Shown here one piece after another: positions 1 to 9,181 of a stretch of 64,000 bases of DNA (the first letter of the stretch is position 1; the number at the start of each line of letters is the position of its first letter). The translations under genes were made by a program, and so were the position numbers. The DNA is from Spirochaetia bacterium (GTDB lineage: Bacteria > Spirochaetota > Spirochaetia > DSM-2461), in contig OY764216.1 in the NCBI GenBank assembly GCA_963668315.1, positions 4,288,001-4,352,000 on the forward strand, read 5' to 3'. The notes below the pieces were generated by a model. That model saw nothing but the letters and a program-made list of their open reading frames with translations, was not told the origin of the DNA and made no database searches.

Positions 1-431
1 CCGAAAGATCCTTTCCAGGAATGTCAGTAACACAATGGATACAGCATTTGTTATGGAAGCCTTATTACGAGCCATGATGAAACATGGTGTCCCTGAAATC
101 ATCAATACAGATCAGGGGAGTCAGTTCACCAGCCAGGATTTCACTTCTTTCCTAGAACATGTAATGGTTAAAATCAGCATGGATGGAAAGGGCCGGGCGT
201 TGGATAATATCTTTATTGAACGATTCTGGAAAACGTTGAAATACGAGGATATTTTTATCTATGGTTATGAGACTTTGAAGGATTTACGGAAAGGGGTGAA
301 GAAGTACATTAAGTTCTATAATTCAGAACGACCTCATCAGAGTCTGGGAGGAAAATCTCCTGATAAGATTTATCATTCTGATCAGAGCTTAATTGCAGCA
401 TAAGGGTGTATTGACTGGAGGGTTCACAATA
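1..431 (+). mobile_element. IS3-family insertion sequence, right part (truncated by window start)
   Basis: Encodes an OrfB C-terminus. The right end gtgtattgactggagggttcacaata (406-431) aligns with the right end of the second IS3 element, gtggtttgacacgagggctcatcata (12511-12536). Confidence 0.85.
2..403 (+). CDS. IS3-family transposase OrfB, C-terminal part (5'-partial)
   Basis: Motifs NTDQGSQFTS, SMDGKGRALDNIFIERFWKTLKYE and YNSERPHQSL; the frame is open from base 2. Confidence 0.9.
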   Translation, partial: RKILSRNVSNTMDTAFVMEALLRAMMKHGVPEIINTDQGSQFTSQDFTSFLEHVMVKISMDGKGRALDNIFIERFWKTLKYEDIFIYGYETLKDLRKGVKKYIKFYNSERPHQSLGGKSPDKIYHSDQSLIAA

Positions 432-439
432 TCTATAGT
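411..439 (+). promoter_or_regulatory. Candidate hybrid sigma70 promoter (-35 in IS end, -10 in flanking DNA)
   Basis: TTGACT (411-416), 17-bp spacer, TATAGT (434-439); the IS end is at 431. Confidence 0.45.
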
Positions 440-896
440 TGAAATCGAAACGCTAGCTCCCACTTCGAATTATCCAGATCAGAGAACTTAATTAATTTAT
501 GTTAGTAGGATATATGACCAGTGTGTAAAATTTATAATAATTTCTTTATAAAGATCGATTATTAACGTAAATTCATTTGACAGTAAATATAACTTTACCT
601 ATCATTTACTGGTAACTGATTTGAGTTTTCTGTTTTTTTACTATTAAAGCGCGAAACGTATTGTCTTTGGTGTATCAACCCCCTGGTGAGGCAGCAACTA
701 TGGAAATTAGGATTTTTATTAGGAATTATAATTTATACTGAAATACAGCTCTCGGTAAGAGAAAAGAACAGATTTATTATTCTAAAAACACAAGGAAATT
801 TTAATAGAGATTCAGTAATCAAATTAGTTATAAATATTTATTAATCAGGATTATGGAATCCATGTTATTAGAATAGATATAAGAGGCACAACGGGC

Positions 897-1787
897 ATGA
901 GAAGAATTTGTGTGTTCGCACATTATGATCAAAATAATAGAATTGACGATTATGTATTATTATACTTGAAAAGAATTAAAGAGGTAGTTACTCGCATAAT
1001 TTTTGTATCTGATAATAATTTATATACAGATGAAGTAAGTAAGATTTATGATGTAGTATCGCAAAGTGATATTCTTGTACAAAAACATGGAGAATATGAT
1101 TTTGGTAGTTACAAGAGAGGTATAAATCATATTGGTTTCAATCTACTTTTTTCTCTATATGATCAATTATTATTATGTAATGATAGTTGTTATGGGCCTT
1201 TTTTTCCTTTGAATCCTATTTTTCAAAAAATGTCAGATACAAAAAGTGATTTCTGGGGTTTAACCCAAAATGATCATCGAAAAAGAATGCCTCTGCATAT
1301 TCAGAGTTATTTCTTGGTTTTTAATAAATGTATCTTTCTTAATAAAAGTTTTAAAGCCTTTTGGGATGAAGTTGGTATATATAAAGAGAAAGATGATATA
1401 GTTTTAAACTATGAAGTTAAATTAACCACTATTTTGGTTAATGAAGGTTTTCAATTTAAAACTTATTTTGAAAATAAACATTACGATCTAACACTTCGTG
1501 ATTATAGCATCATTATTCCTAATGGTTTTCCTTTTTTAAAGAAACAATTAATAAATGGAAATCGTTATCGTTTAGATATTTATTCTTGGGACAAAGTCAT
1601 TAGAAATGTGACGGATTATCCAATTCGACTTATATTTAAACACTTGTTGAAAAATCGAAAGAAATCAGATTATTTTAGAATTTTAATTGAATGTATAAAA
1701 TACAAAGGAATTTTTAGTATATATTCTGTACAGGCATTTATTCAATATTTGTCTAATTTATTACACCTTAAAGTTATTTTTTTCTGA
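897..1787 (+). CDS. Rhamnan synthesis F (RgpF)-family protein, putative glycosyltransferase
   Basis: Motifs FAHYD..IDDYV, YDFGSYK, LCNDSCYGP, DFWGLT, HIQSYFLVF, YEVKLT. Confidence 0.75.
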   Translation: MRRICVFAHYDQNNRIDDYVLLYLKRIKEVVTRIIFVSDNNLYTDEVSKIYDVVSQSDILVQKHGEYDFGSYKRGINHIGFNLLFSLYDQLLLCNDSCYGPFFPLNPIFQKMSDTKSDFWGLTQNDHRKRMPLHIQSYFLVFNKCIFLNKSFKAFWDEVGIYKEKDDIVLNYEVKLTTILVNEGFQFKTYFENKHYDLTLRDYSIIIPNGFPFLKKQLINGNRYRLDIYSWDKVIRNVTDYPIRLIFKHLLKNRKKSDYFRILIECIKYKGIFSIYSVQAFIQYLSNLLHLKVIFF

Positions 1788-1836
1788 TATAAAATCCTAA
1801 GAAATATTAAATTACTATTTTGCAGAAGTAATAAGA

Positions 1837-2853
1837 TTGGGGATAGTGGTGAGAAATGAAAAAGTTGATATTCTTAGATTAATCGGAATATTCATGATAA
1901 TTTTAGCACATTCAGGAACTCCTGAAATAATATTTCAGGTAAGAAACTTTGATGTTCCCTTAATGGTTTTAATAAGCGGGATTTCCTTTTCCATTACCAG
2001 TAAAAGAAATTATTCTTATGGTACTTATATATTAAAACGAATAAAGAGGCTTGTTTTTCCTACATGGACTTTTCTTGCTTTTTATTTTTTATATTTATCT
2101 CAAACTAGTGAAGGTTTACCAGAATTGGAAGATATTATCCATTCATTTACTCTTCAAGGGGGAATCGGTTATGTTTGGATAATAAGAGTCTTTTTATTAG
2201 TTTCCATTAGCTTTCCTTTTCTAAAATATCTAAATGACAAAATAGATAAAGATTTTTATTTCCTTATTATTCTCATATCTCTATTATATTCTTTTGAAAT
2301 AATTAGGCTTTTAACCGTTAATAATAATTCAACCACACACATACTATCAGATATCTTTCTTTATATAATTCCGTATTCTATAATTGGATTTCTTGGAATA
2401 CGTATAATCTCACTATCCTCCGTAACTACTTTGAAATATGGTTTTGTTTTATTAATCATTTTTTTAACAATGGCTATTTATTATTATCACCAAAACAATG
2501 ATTTTATTCAAACTCAAGTATATAAGTACCCTCCCGGGATTTATTATACATCTTATGCTCTTTTTGTTTCTTTATTTCTATGGTTTTTTGTAAATATCTT
2601 TGGAGATAGATTCTATAATAATAGGATAATAAAAAAATTATTATTCTTATCTAAAAATACAATGTGGATATACCTTTGGCATATACCATTTGTATCAATA
2701 ATACAGACTAACTTTATCGTTAAATCTTTTTCTCTCTTTTTTATTGCTTCTTTTTTGATGTGCTTACAATATTATATAATTAAGAAGATTTGTGAGAAGG
2801 ATTTTTTATCAGATAAAACTAAGAAGAACCTTAGAGTAATATTTACTGGTTGA
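1837..2853 (+). CDS. Acyltransferase family 3 (integral-membrane O-acyltransferase)
   Basis: N-terminal DILRLIGIFMIILAH, FDVPLMVLISG, KRIKRL, WIYLWH; about 10 hydrophobic segments. The start may be GTG at 1848. Confidence 0.8.
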   Translation: MGIVVRNEKVDILRLIGIFMIILAHSGTPEIIFQVRNFDVPLMVLISGISFSITSKRNYSYGTYILKRIKRLVFPTWTFLAFYFLYLSQTSEGLPELEDIIHSFTLQGGIGYVWIIRVFLLVSISFPFLKYLNDKIDKDFYFLIILISLLYSFEIIRLLTVNNNSTTHILSDIFLYIIPYSIIGFLGIRIISLSSVTTLKYGFVLLIIFLTMAIYYYHQNNDFIQTQVYKYPPGIYYTSYALFVSLFLWFFVNIFGDRFYNNRIIKKLLFLSKNTMWIYLWHIPFVSIIQTNFIVKSFSLFFIASFLMCLQYYIIKKICEKDFLSDKTKKNLRVIFTG

Positions 2854-3025
2854 ACTATGATATTATATATTTAAAAATAAATAGCCCGATAAACAGGACT
2901 AAACTGACTTATGCTACCTCCTTATTTATACTAGCATTCTATGCTGAGCCCACAGGGTAAACCAGTACTTTAAATATTTAAGTTGGAATTCCCGATTCAT
3001 GATAATATGAAAAGGGAGAAAATCA

Positions 3026-3155
3026 ATGAAGAGAAAATTCGATGAAGAGTTCAAAGCGAAAGTAGCACTGGAAGCGTTAAAGGAAGAAAAAACTCTTCAG
3101 GAACTGGCTGAGGAATATGAAGTACATCCGAACCAGATCAGTATGTGGAAAAAAC
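3026..3155 (+). pseudogene. IS3 orfA, 5' fragment (HTH)
   Basis: [43 protein letters not shown], broken at 3156 by IS256-A. Confidence 0.85.
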
Positions 3156-3192
3156 GATAAAGCAACCCTTTTGTCTGTAAAATTAGAAAAAG

Positions 3193-3552
3193 TTAATCAG
3201 TCTCCATATTCAAATATCTTTTACCTGTAAACCACTGCTCATCTATTTCCATTAACAGAGCCGCGATCAGACGATCAACGGACTTCCTATTTGGAAATAT
3301 CATGGCTACCCTTGTTCGCCTCTTTATTTCTTTCATCTGCCGCTCTGCCAAATTTGAAGTTCTTAGCCGTCGCCAATGAGCCTTTGGCATTGAGAAGACG
3401 GTAAGGGACTCGGGGATATTCTCATCCATCCAGCTACTCAGATCGGGCGCCGTTTCCTCATATTTTTTAACAGCCATTGAAAGAAAGCGTTTCGCTTCTT
3501 CTCCATTGGGTGCGTTAAAAATAGTTCTGATGTCTTCTGCTACCTCCTTCTC
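3193..3552 (-). pseudogene. IS256-A copy 1 transposase, C-terminal fragment
   Basis: LRTSNLAERQMKEIKRRTRVAMIFPN, typical IS256 C-terminal catalytic region. Confidence 0.85.
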
Positions 3553-4901
3553 GGATAGCGTACAATCAAGTTCGCAATTTTAATTATTGAAAGAAGCCAT
3601 CGAATTCTCCAGAATGGTAATGCACAACTAAAACCATGGAGGAAGAAAACGATGGCTAAGGAAAATGATAATGGTAATCTGGAAAAAATGCTACTCCAAT
3701 TCATTTCGGAACCGGATCCCATTTTCAGCTTATTGAAATGGCTACTGGAAAAGCTTATGGAAATAGAAGCGGCGAATAAAGTAGGAGCTCAAAAGGGGTC
3801 TCATTCTACGGGAAGATCCACCCATTTTTCTGGATATCGACCACGCCGATTTGATACTCGTCTTGGAACACTGTATCTCCTTGTCCCCAAGCTCAGAAAA
3901 GGCGGATATATTCCCTTCTTTGTAACAGAAAAGAAGAGATCCGAGCAAGCTCTGATTCAGGTTGTCCAGGAAGCATTTATCAACGGTGTTTCAACCAGAA
4001 AGATTGAGAAATTGGCTATGAGTCTGGGCATTGAAAATATTTCAGCCAGCCAGGTCTCTGAAATCAATAAGGGACTTGATGAACAGGTAGATGAATTCCG
4101 CTATCGATCTCTTGATTCAGAATATCCTGTCATCTGGGTTGATGCCCTCTATGAAAAGATCCGGTATAACGGAAGAGTGAGAAATATGGCTGTGATGGTT
4201 GTATCTGGTGTTAATTCACAAGGATTCAAAGAAATCCTTGCTGTTGAACCAATGCAGGAAGAATCAGAAAGCACTTATACCGAACTGTTCAGGTCTCTTA
4301 AAGCAAGAGGATTTAAAAATGCCTGGCTCTGTGTCTCTGATGCCCATCTGGGACTTCAAGCCGCCATAAGAAAGGAACTCATCGGTTGCTCCTGGCAACG
4401 CTGTAAAATCCATTTTATGAGGAACATCCTGTCCCATCTTCCTGCCAGGGATAAAGAAGCTGTTGCCGGCAGAATTAAGCAGATTTGGAATCAACCGAAC
4501 TCCCAATCGGCCCGTGAATATGCATACCGAATTATAGAGGAATTTGAAGAACAATTTCCGAAGTCCATGACTTGTCTTGAAGACGGATTAGAAGACTCTC
4601 TTCAGTATTATGAATTCTCAGAAATAGACAGCCGGAAAACTGCTTCTACCAATCAACTGGAACGATTGAATCGGGAAATCCGTAGACGATCTCGTGTTGT
4701 GGGAATCTTTCCCAGTATTGACTCCTACCTTAGACTAGTCTGTTGTTACCTGATTGAATACTCAGAAGACTGGGCTTCGGGAAAACGGTATATCAGTGAG
4801 AAATCGATTGATGAACAAAGAATTAAATTAGGTCAGGCTGCCTAATGGGGAATTTTGATGGCTTCTTGAAAGGAAAGTTGCGAACATGGCTGGACACTAT
4901 C
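3553..4901 (+). mobile_element. IS256-family element type B, copy 1 (1349 bp, intact)
   Basis: Ends ggatagcgtacaatcaagttcgcaa and ttgcgaacatggctggacactatc. 8-bp TSD TCCTTCTC at 3545-3552 and 4902-4909. Confidence 0.9.
3652..4845 (+). CDS. IS256-family (Mutator-like) transposase
   Basis: GVSTRKI, WVDALYEK, VSDAHLGL, WQRCKIHF, STNQLERLNREIRRR; RBS GGAGG. Confidence 0.95.
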   Translation: MAKENDNGNLEKMLLQFISEPDPIFSLLKWLLEKLMEIEAANKVGAQKGSHSTGRSTHFSGYRPRRFDTRLGTLYLLVPKLRKGGYIPFFVTEKKRSEQALIQVVQEAFINGVSTRKIEKLAMSLGIENISASQVSEINKGLDEQVDEFRYRSLDSEYPVIWVDALYEKIRYNGRVRNMAVMVVSGVNSQGFKEILAVEPMQEESESTYTELFRSLKARGFKNAWLCVSDAHLGLQAAIRKELIGCSWQRCKIHFMRNILSHLPARDKEAVAGRIKQIWNQPNSQSAREYAYRIIEEFEEQFPKSMTCLEDGLEDSLQYYEFSEIDSRKTASTNQLERLNREIRRRSRVVGIFPSIDSYLRLVCCYLIEYSEDWASGKRYISEKSIDEQRIKLGQAA

Positions 4902-5604
4902 TCCTTCTCCATGCTCTTCTTGGGAACGTGATGAGAAGCATTCTGCTGGAGATGAAACTGACAGCGATGCCAGGGAACCGTAGGAAAAACAGCCTCTATT
5001 GCAGATTTTAGACCACTATGGGCATCTGAAGTTATCATTCTGACTCCATGTAAACCTCGGTCAACCAATCCAGCGAGGAACTTTCTCCAATGAACATCAG
5101 CCTCGCTGAGTTCTGTTGAAATCCCAAGAACCCTTCTCATTCCCTTATTATCAACTCCATAAGCAATTAGAACGGCTGCCGAAACGACAGCTCTATCCAC
5201 ACGAGCTTTTTCATAGGTCGCATCCACAATGAGATAGCGAAAAGCTCCCAGAGGGCGATTCCGCCACTTAGAAATCTCTTCATCCAGCAGTGCGGTTGCT
5301 TCAGAAACCTGGGATTGGGAAACTTCGAAGCCGCAGAGCTGTTCTACAATTTTGGTTACTCTGCGAGTTGATACCCCCTGGATATACATCTGAGCTATTG
5401 CCATTTTCAACGCCCTTTCGCTGCGGCACCCTTTTTCAATGCTGCCAGGATAGAATTCCATCCCACGGACCTGCGGAATCTCGATAGGGATCTCACCTAC
5501 ACGAGTTCGAATCTTCCTGCTTTTGTACCCGTTTCTATGGCCAATGCGATCGTCATTCCGTTCATAATGACTGGCTTGGATTGCCTTCTCTTGCTCTAAC
5601 CGCA
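4902..5604 (-). pseudogene. IS256-A copy 1 transposase, middle fragment
   Basis: GVSTRRV, IVDATYEK, TSDAHSGL, WHRCQFH; homologous to 9831-10727. Confidence 0.85.
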
Positions 5605-5669
5605 TGTTGAATCACACATTATCCTGACCAAAACTTCCAGATTATTCTGGAATCCAAATTATTTTAACA

Positions 5670-5688
5670 GCTTCCCCGAAAGGGAAGC
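5670..5688 (-). terminator. Hairpin just downstream of the transposon operon, candidate terminator
   Basis: gcttccc-cgaaa-gggaagc lies 8 bp beyond the stop of 5697..6002; the U-tract is weak. Confidence 0.45.
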
Positions 5689-5696
5689 CATAAATC

Positions 5697-6002
5697 TTAG
5701 AACGGCAAACTTAACTGTCCGTCAAAATCCGCATCAGGATCAAGAGAAAGTTCATCCCACTCCTTCTCAAGTATCTCCTCAATTACCGGTACAGAGACCT
5801 TTCCATAATAGAGAGCTCTCTCACAGGCTGCCTCCATTCTCACCGGCGAGACCTTAAACGTCAGATCCAAAAACCGACTGACCTCTTCATATTTCTCATG
5901 GCACCACCTACCCCACAACATATAGGCTACCTGCCTGGTTTTCTCCATGAAAAGATAAGTTTCAGGAGGAGTAAAGCGAAAAAAAGTTTTCCCATTATCC
6001 AT
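5697..6002 (-). CDS. Small transposon protein resembling the IS21 IstA C-terminal helical region, ending in QLSLPF
   Basis: RBS AGGAGG; segment RMEAACERALYYGKVSVPVIEEILEK; lies in the operon directly after the ATPase. Confidence 0.7.
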   Translation of the reverse strand: MDNGKTFFRFTPPETYLFMEKTRQVAYMLWGRWCHEKYEEVSRFLDLTFKVSPVRMEAACERALYYGKVSVPVIEEILEKEWDELSLDPDADFDGQLSLPF

Positions 6003-6016
6003 ACGGCTTCCTCCTG

Positions 6017-6820
6017 TTAGATGATTTCGGTCTGAGCGATGCGAACATGTTCCGCGGAAACGAGCTGACTTTTTTCTTTCGCCGCCGCCATCATAGCTCC
6101 CCTGGCGATGGTGTTAGCCCGTCTTAGAAGTCCTCCCGATGTTTGATGGATAGCAAGAATGGCTTCATCTGCGAATAGGGGCTTCTCCATCCCGGCCAGA
6201 TGAAGATGATGTTCCAGGTATCCTTTCATATGCTTCAGATTCAGACTGTCCAAATGGGAGCGCCCCACGATACGCGATGCCAGGGGTTTGGCGGAAATAG
6301 CCATGAGTTTGTCTATGAGCCCGTCCTGCCCGCAGAGAATTATGGGCATAATCGGGTTTGAATCAAAATCAAACTGACAGAGAGTATGAAGCTGGTTGAA
6401 GACCTTGGACTTAAGAAGATGGGCTTCATCTATAACGAGAATGGGGACTTTTTTCTTTGAAGCAATGTCTTTTATGATATCCCGGACATTTTTCATCGCG
6501 ATAGCCAGCTGAAATGAACGGTACTCCTCCCCAAACTCCATAAGAAACTGCCGTAAAAGCTCCATCATACTGCCCGATGTAGCGACCAGCGAGATAATCT
6601 TGTACTTCCCCGGGTGGAACTTACTACACGCCAATCTCAGAGATGTGGATTTCCCGGATCCTACTTCCCCAGTGATGAGAGAGATAGCTCCCAGCTTTAC
6701 GGCGTATTCAAATCTGTCCAAAAGGGGCGGTAGTCCAGGCAGCATATAGAGATCATCCAATTTGATTTTCTGAGAATAGGGCTCCTGTGTTAATCCGTAA
6801 AAATGCTTTATATCAATCAT
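6017..6820 (-). CDS. AAA+ ATPase, ExeA/TnsC/MuB-like transposition regulator
   Basis: Walker A GEVGSGKS, Walker B VIDEAH, LCGQ, SRI; overlaps the transposase stop. Confidence 0.9.
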   Translation of the reverse strand: MIDIKHFYGLTQEPYSQKIKLDDLYMLPGLPPLLDRFEYAVKLGAISLITGEVGSGKSTSLRLACSKFHPGKYKIISLVATSGSMMELLRQFLMEFGEEYRSFQLAIAMKNVRDIIKDIASKKKVPILVIDEAHLLKSKVFNQLHTLCQFDFDSNPIMPIILCGQDGLIDKLMAISAKPLASRIVGRSHLDSLNLKHMKGYLEHHLHLAGMEKPLFADEAILAIHQTSGGLLRRANTIARGAMMAAAKEKSQLVSAEHVRIAQTEII

Positions 6821-8102
6821 CGTTTTCTTCCTCCGAGAATAGTTGTCCGCCGCTATAGGGATTGGAATTCAGATCAGCTTGAATCTCTGAACGTTTGACC
6901 TGGCTATTGATATGCACGTCCATAGGTTTAAGAAATCCTCTGGATTTATCGGCAATAAAGATTTCTACCCGGCTCATATCCGATTCATCGTAAGAGAGGT
7001 AGACCTTCTGCCCTGCCAGACCGATGGGTGCCTGGTATAGTTTTCCCTCGATACTGACCGATCTGTCATTGGTTACCGTTCTGAGCAGTCTCTTACGAAA
7101 ATAATCATTCAGATTCTCCGGAGCCGATCGAAGAAGGGTTAGTGATTTCAAATAACGGTCCAGAGGTTTCTCCCGGATTGAAGAGTGTTTCCTAATATGA
7201 TAATTCTCATCAATGAAAGCAGCGAGATGCCCGTTCAATTCCTCCAATGTCAGTTCTTCCGGAAGGGCTTGAAGAACCTCCATCCTGACCGTCCTGTTAA
7301 ATCTTTCGATTTTCCCTTTCCCTTGAGGGCGGTAGGGCTTCGCATACGTCAGAACAATCCCCAGAGAAGCGCAACCGTATTGAAGCTTATGGGATTTGAA
7401 ATAAGCGCCGTTGTCCGTGTAGAGTTTACGGGGAAGGCCACGCTTAACCAGGGCTTTCTTCATACAGTCGATAAAATTGTCCACATTCTCCCGTAGATAG
7501 AACTGGGCATGGGGAATAAGACGGGAATGATCGTCGATGATGGCGAACATATAGGATTTTCTACGGCGGCCCTCATGAATGACATAAGGACCGTGCATAC
7601 AGTCCGATTGCCAGAGGTCATTGGGAAACTCCACTTCGAACTTCAACATATCTTCCTTCTGCTTCCTCTCCTTACCCAGTCCATGTTTTTTCAGAATTCT
7701 ATAGATGGATTGGGAGGAGGCGTTGAAGTCGGGAGGAAGTACATTTCTTTGCCGGGCCAGCCTCATCAAGACGGGAACGGATGCCTTCATAAAATCCTTT
7801 CTCAGATTAATGAAGGCCAGTTCTGTTTCCCTGTCCATAATGCGGCATCCGCCCTGGTCCCCCCGGCTTTTGGGATGCAGACTCTCTATTTGCCGACCGC
7901 TGGATTCATACTTTCTGAGCCAACTGAGGATAGTCGCGCGGCTGATATAGGTACGGGTGGAAAAAGGGATATTCCACTCCCTAGCCGTCAATTTATCAAG
8001 GACATCCCTTTGCATACCCCAATCTTCTCTGCTCAGATCCAGTAAAGGATAGATCACAGAAAACCGGAAGGCGGCTACTTTTTCTCGTTCTTCTTTGGTC
8101 AT
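6813..8102 (-). CDS. DDE-type integrase/transposase (rve core plus Mu-transposase C-like domain)
   Basis: WQSDCMHGP, AIIDDHSR, YTDNGAYF, PYRPQGKGKIERFNRTV, RTVTNDRSVS; RBS AGGAGG. Confidence 0.92.
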   Translation of the reverse strand: MTKEEREKVAAFRFSVIYPLLDLSREDWGMQRDVLDKLTAREWNIPFSTRTYISRATILSWLRKYESSGRQIESLHPKSRGDQGGCRIMDRETELAFINLRKDFMKASVPVLMRLARQRNVLPPDFNASSQSIYRILKKHGLGKERKQKEDMLKFEVEFPNDLWQSDCMHGPYVIHEGRRRKSYMFAIIDDHSRLIPHAQFYLRENVDNFIDCMKKALVKRGLPRKLYTDNGAYFKSHKLQYGCASLGIVLTYAKPYRPQGKGKIERFNRTVRMEVLQALPEELTLEELNGHLAAFIDENYHIRKHSSIREKPLDRYLKSLTLLRSAPENLNDYFRKRLLRTVTNDRSVSIEGKLYQAPIGLAGQKVYLSYDESDMSRVEIFIADKSRGFLKPMDVHINSQVKRSEIQADLNSNPYSGGQLFSEEENDD

Positions 8103-8130
8103 AAAACCTCCTAAAACGTTTTATTTCCAT

Positions 8131-8619
8131 TTAAGGCGGTATTTTATTAGTTGTCACTGCAAAGCTAAGGTAGGTCATGCAGAGAGCTACCGATTTCACA
8201 TCATGATTTATCGAATGTGAGGGGAAGCAGAACCGATTCTGAACGCTGTCTGAAAGGAAAAGGGAGAGATCAAAATTCAGTCCCTGAATAGCAGCTTGTT
8301 TCATCAGTCCCCGATACCAGTATTGCTGCCTTTGACGGCTGAAGGATGTGAACCAGGTATGGGATTCTAACTTATGAGAAAGGCTTCGATAAATTTCTGT
8401 AGCGGTTGATTGAAACCTGGGGAAATATGCAACAGGCCTGGCCGTATGTACCGCTCCGCACTCGGGACAGCGGAATCTTTTGAGGTAGAGTCCTTCCGGA
8501 AATTCGTCGAAATAACGCAGTACATAACCATGCCCCCAGATCCTGAAACTTTGGCAGGAAGGACATCTTCTTGGTTTCCTCCAGACATAATTCTTATGTT
8601 TCTCTTTAAGGACAGCCAA
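8131..8619 (-). CDS. Zinc-finger protein (DUF6431-like) of the transposon
   Basis: CPSC...GHGY...RFRCPECG..H..P; first gene of the operon. Start codon uncertain (TTG). Confidence 0.7.
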   Translation of the reverse strand: MAVLKEKHKNYVWRKPRRCPSCQSFRIWGHGYVLRYFDEFPEGLYLKRFRCPECGAVHTARPVAYFPRFQSTATEIYRSLSHKLESHTWFTSFSRQRQQYWYRGLMKQAAIQGLNFDLSLFLSDSVQNRFCFPSHSINHDVKSVALCMTYLSFAVTTNKIPP

Positions 8620-8652
8620 ATCCGTCCGAAAATAAATTATGATTTATGGGTT

Positions 8653-8694
8653 GGGATAGCCGTTCTTGCAGGAACAATAGGCTATCCCTTTTTT
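8653..8694 (+). terminator. Intrinsic terminator near the transposon end, antisense to the transposon genes
   Basis: gggatagcc...ggctatccc stem followed by TTTTTT. Confidence 0.6.
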
Positions 8695-8786
8695 ATCGAT
8701 AATTTATTTTGTGAAAATGAAGTATAAAAATATTTTATTGTGGAATATTGATAGAATAATCTGATAGATTAATGTTGGATTCTACA

Positions 8787-8900
8787 CCGCATAGATAAAT
8801 TCATTATTGAACTTATGACCTTTGTTAATCCTTCTCGATTATCTGCCTGGAGCTCTTCAATCATTTGATCGAAAACGGTATAGTAATCCTCGTTAGTCAT
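8787..8900 (-). pseudogene. IS256-A copy 1 transposase, N-terminal fragment
   Basis: MTNEDYYTVFDQMIEELQADNREGLTKVISSIMNLSM, nearly identical to the start of 9831..10733. Confidence 0.85.
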
Positions 8901-9000
8901 GATGCCTTCTTTTGTTTTTGGTCGAACTAATCGAAGACTGATTGGCTAACTTTTTCAAGCCCCCTTTATTTCTAATTTACAGACACTATTGTACACTATC

Positions 9001-9181
9001 GAAAAAACAGCTTATGGAAAATGCCAGTTCCCTCTTTGTCCGAAAGAATAAAAAAGACAAAGAACTGGAAGAAATGAAGAAAAAAGAGCAGGAACTTTTC
9101 AAGCAGCTGGGTGAAGCTAATTATGTGAACGAATTTCTAAAAAAAAAGTACAAACAACTATACGGGAAGGATTACAAATGA
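9001..9181 (+). pseudogene. IS3 orfA, 3' fragment
   Basis: KKQLMENASSLF...EFLKKKYKQ continues the 3026-3155 frame across the TSD. Confidence 0.85.
9139..9148 (+). promoter_or_regulatory. Candidate -1 programmed ribosomal frameshift site (A9G) of the IS3 element
   Basis: AAAAAAAAAG near the orfA end; the -1 frame is open into the orfB ATG at 9178. OrfAB fusion by -1 frameshifting is typical of the IS3 family. Confidence 0.65.

Larger units (their letters stand above)
5605..8786 (-). mobile_element. Compact Mu/Tn7/IS21-like DDE transposon (3182 bp, four genes)
   Basis: Ends 5'-TGTTGAATC... and ...GATTCTACA-3' (TG...CA). 5-bp TSD CCGCA at 5600-5604 and 8787-8791. Shared subterminal motif CAGATTATTCT at both ends. 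Confidence 0.88.
3156..9000 (-). mobile_element. IS256-family element type A, copy 1 (about 1301 bp reconstructed), itself interrupted twice
   Basis: Ends gataaagcaacccttttgtctgtaaaattagaaa and (reverse complement) gatagtgtacaatagtgtctgtaaattagaaa. 8-bp TSD GAAAAAAC at 3148-3155 and 9001-9008. Confidence 0.9.

Noticed and set aside
6017..6820. ExeA-like ATPase as a type II secretion component
   Set aside because: It lies inside TG...CA ends, coupled to a DDE transposase, with no secretion genes and no peptidoglycan-binding extension.
8942..9181. ORF-track proteins 8942..9181, 4823..5605, 9831..10733 and 12431..12688 as complete genes
   Set aside because: They are chimeric frames crossing IS junctions and are reinterpreted above as fragments.
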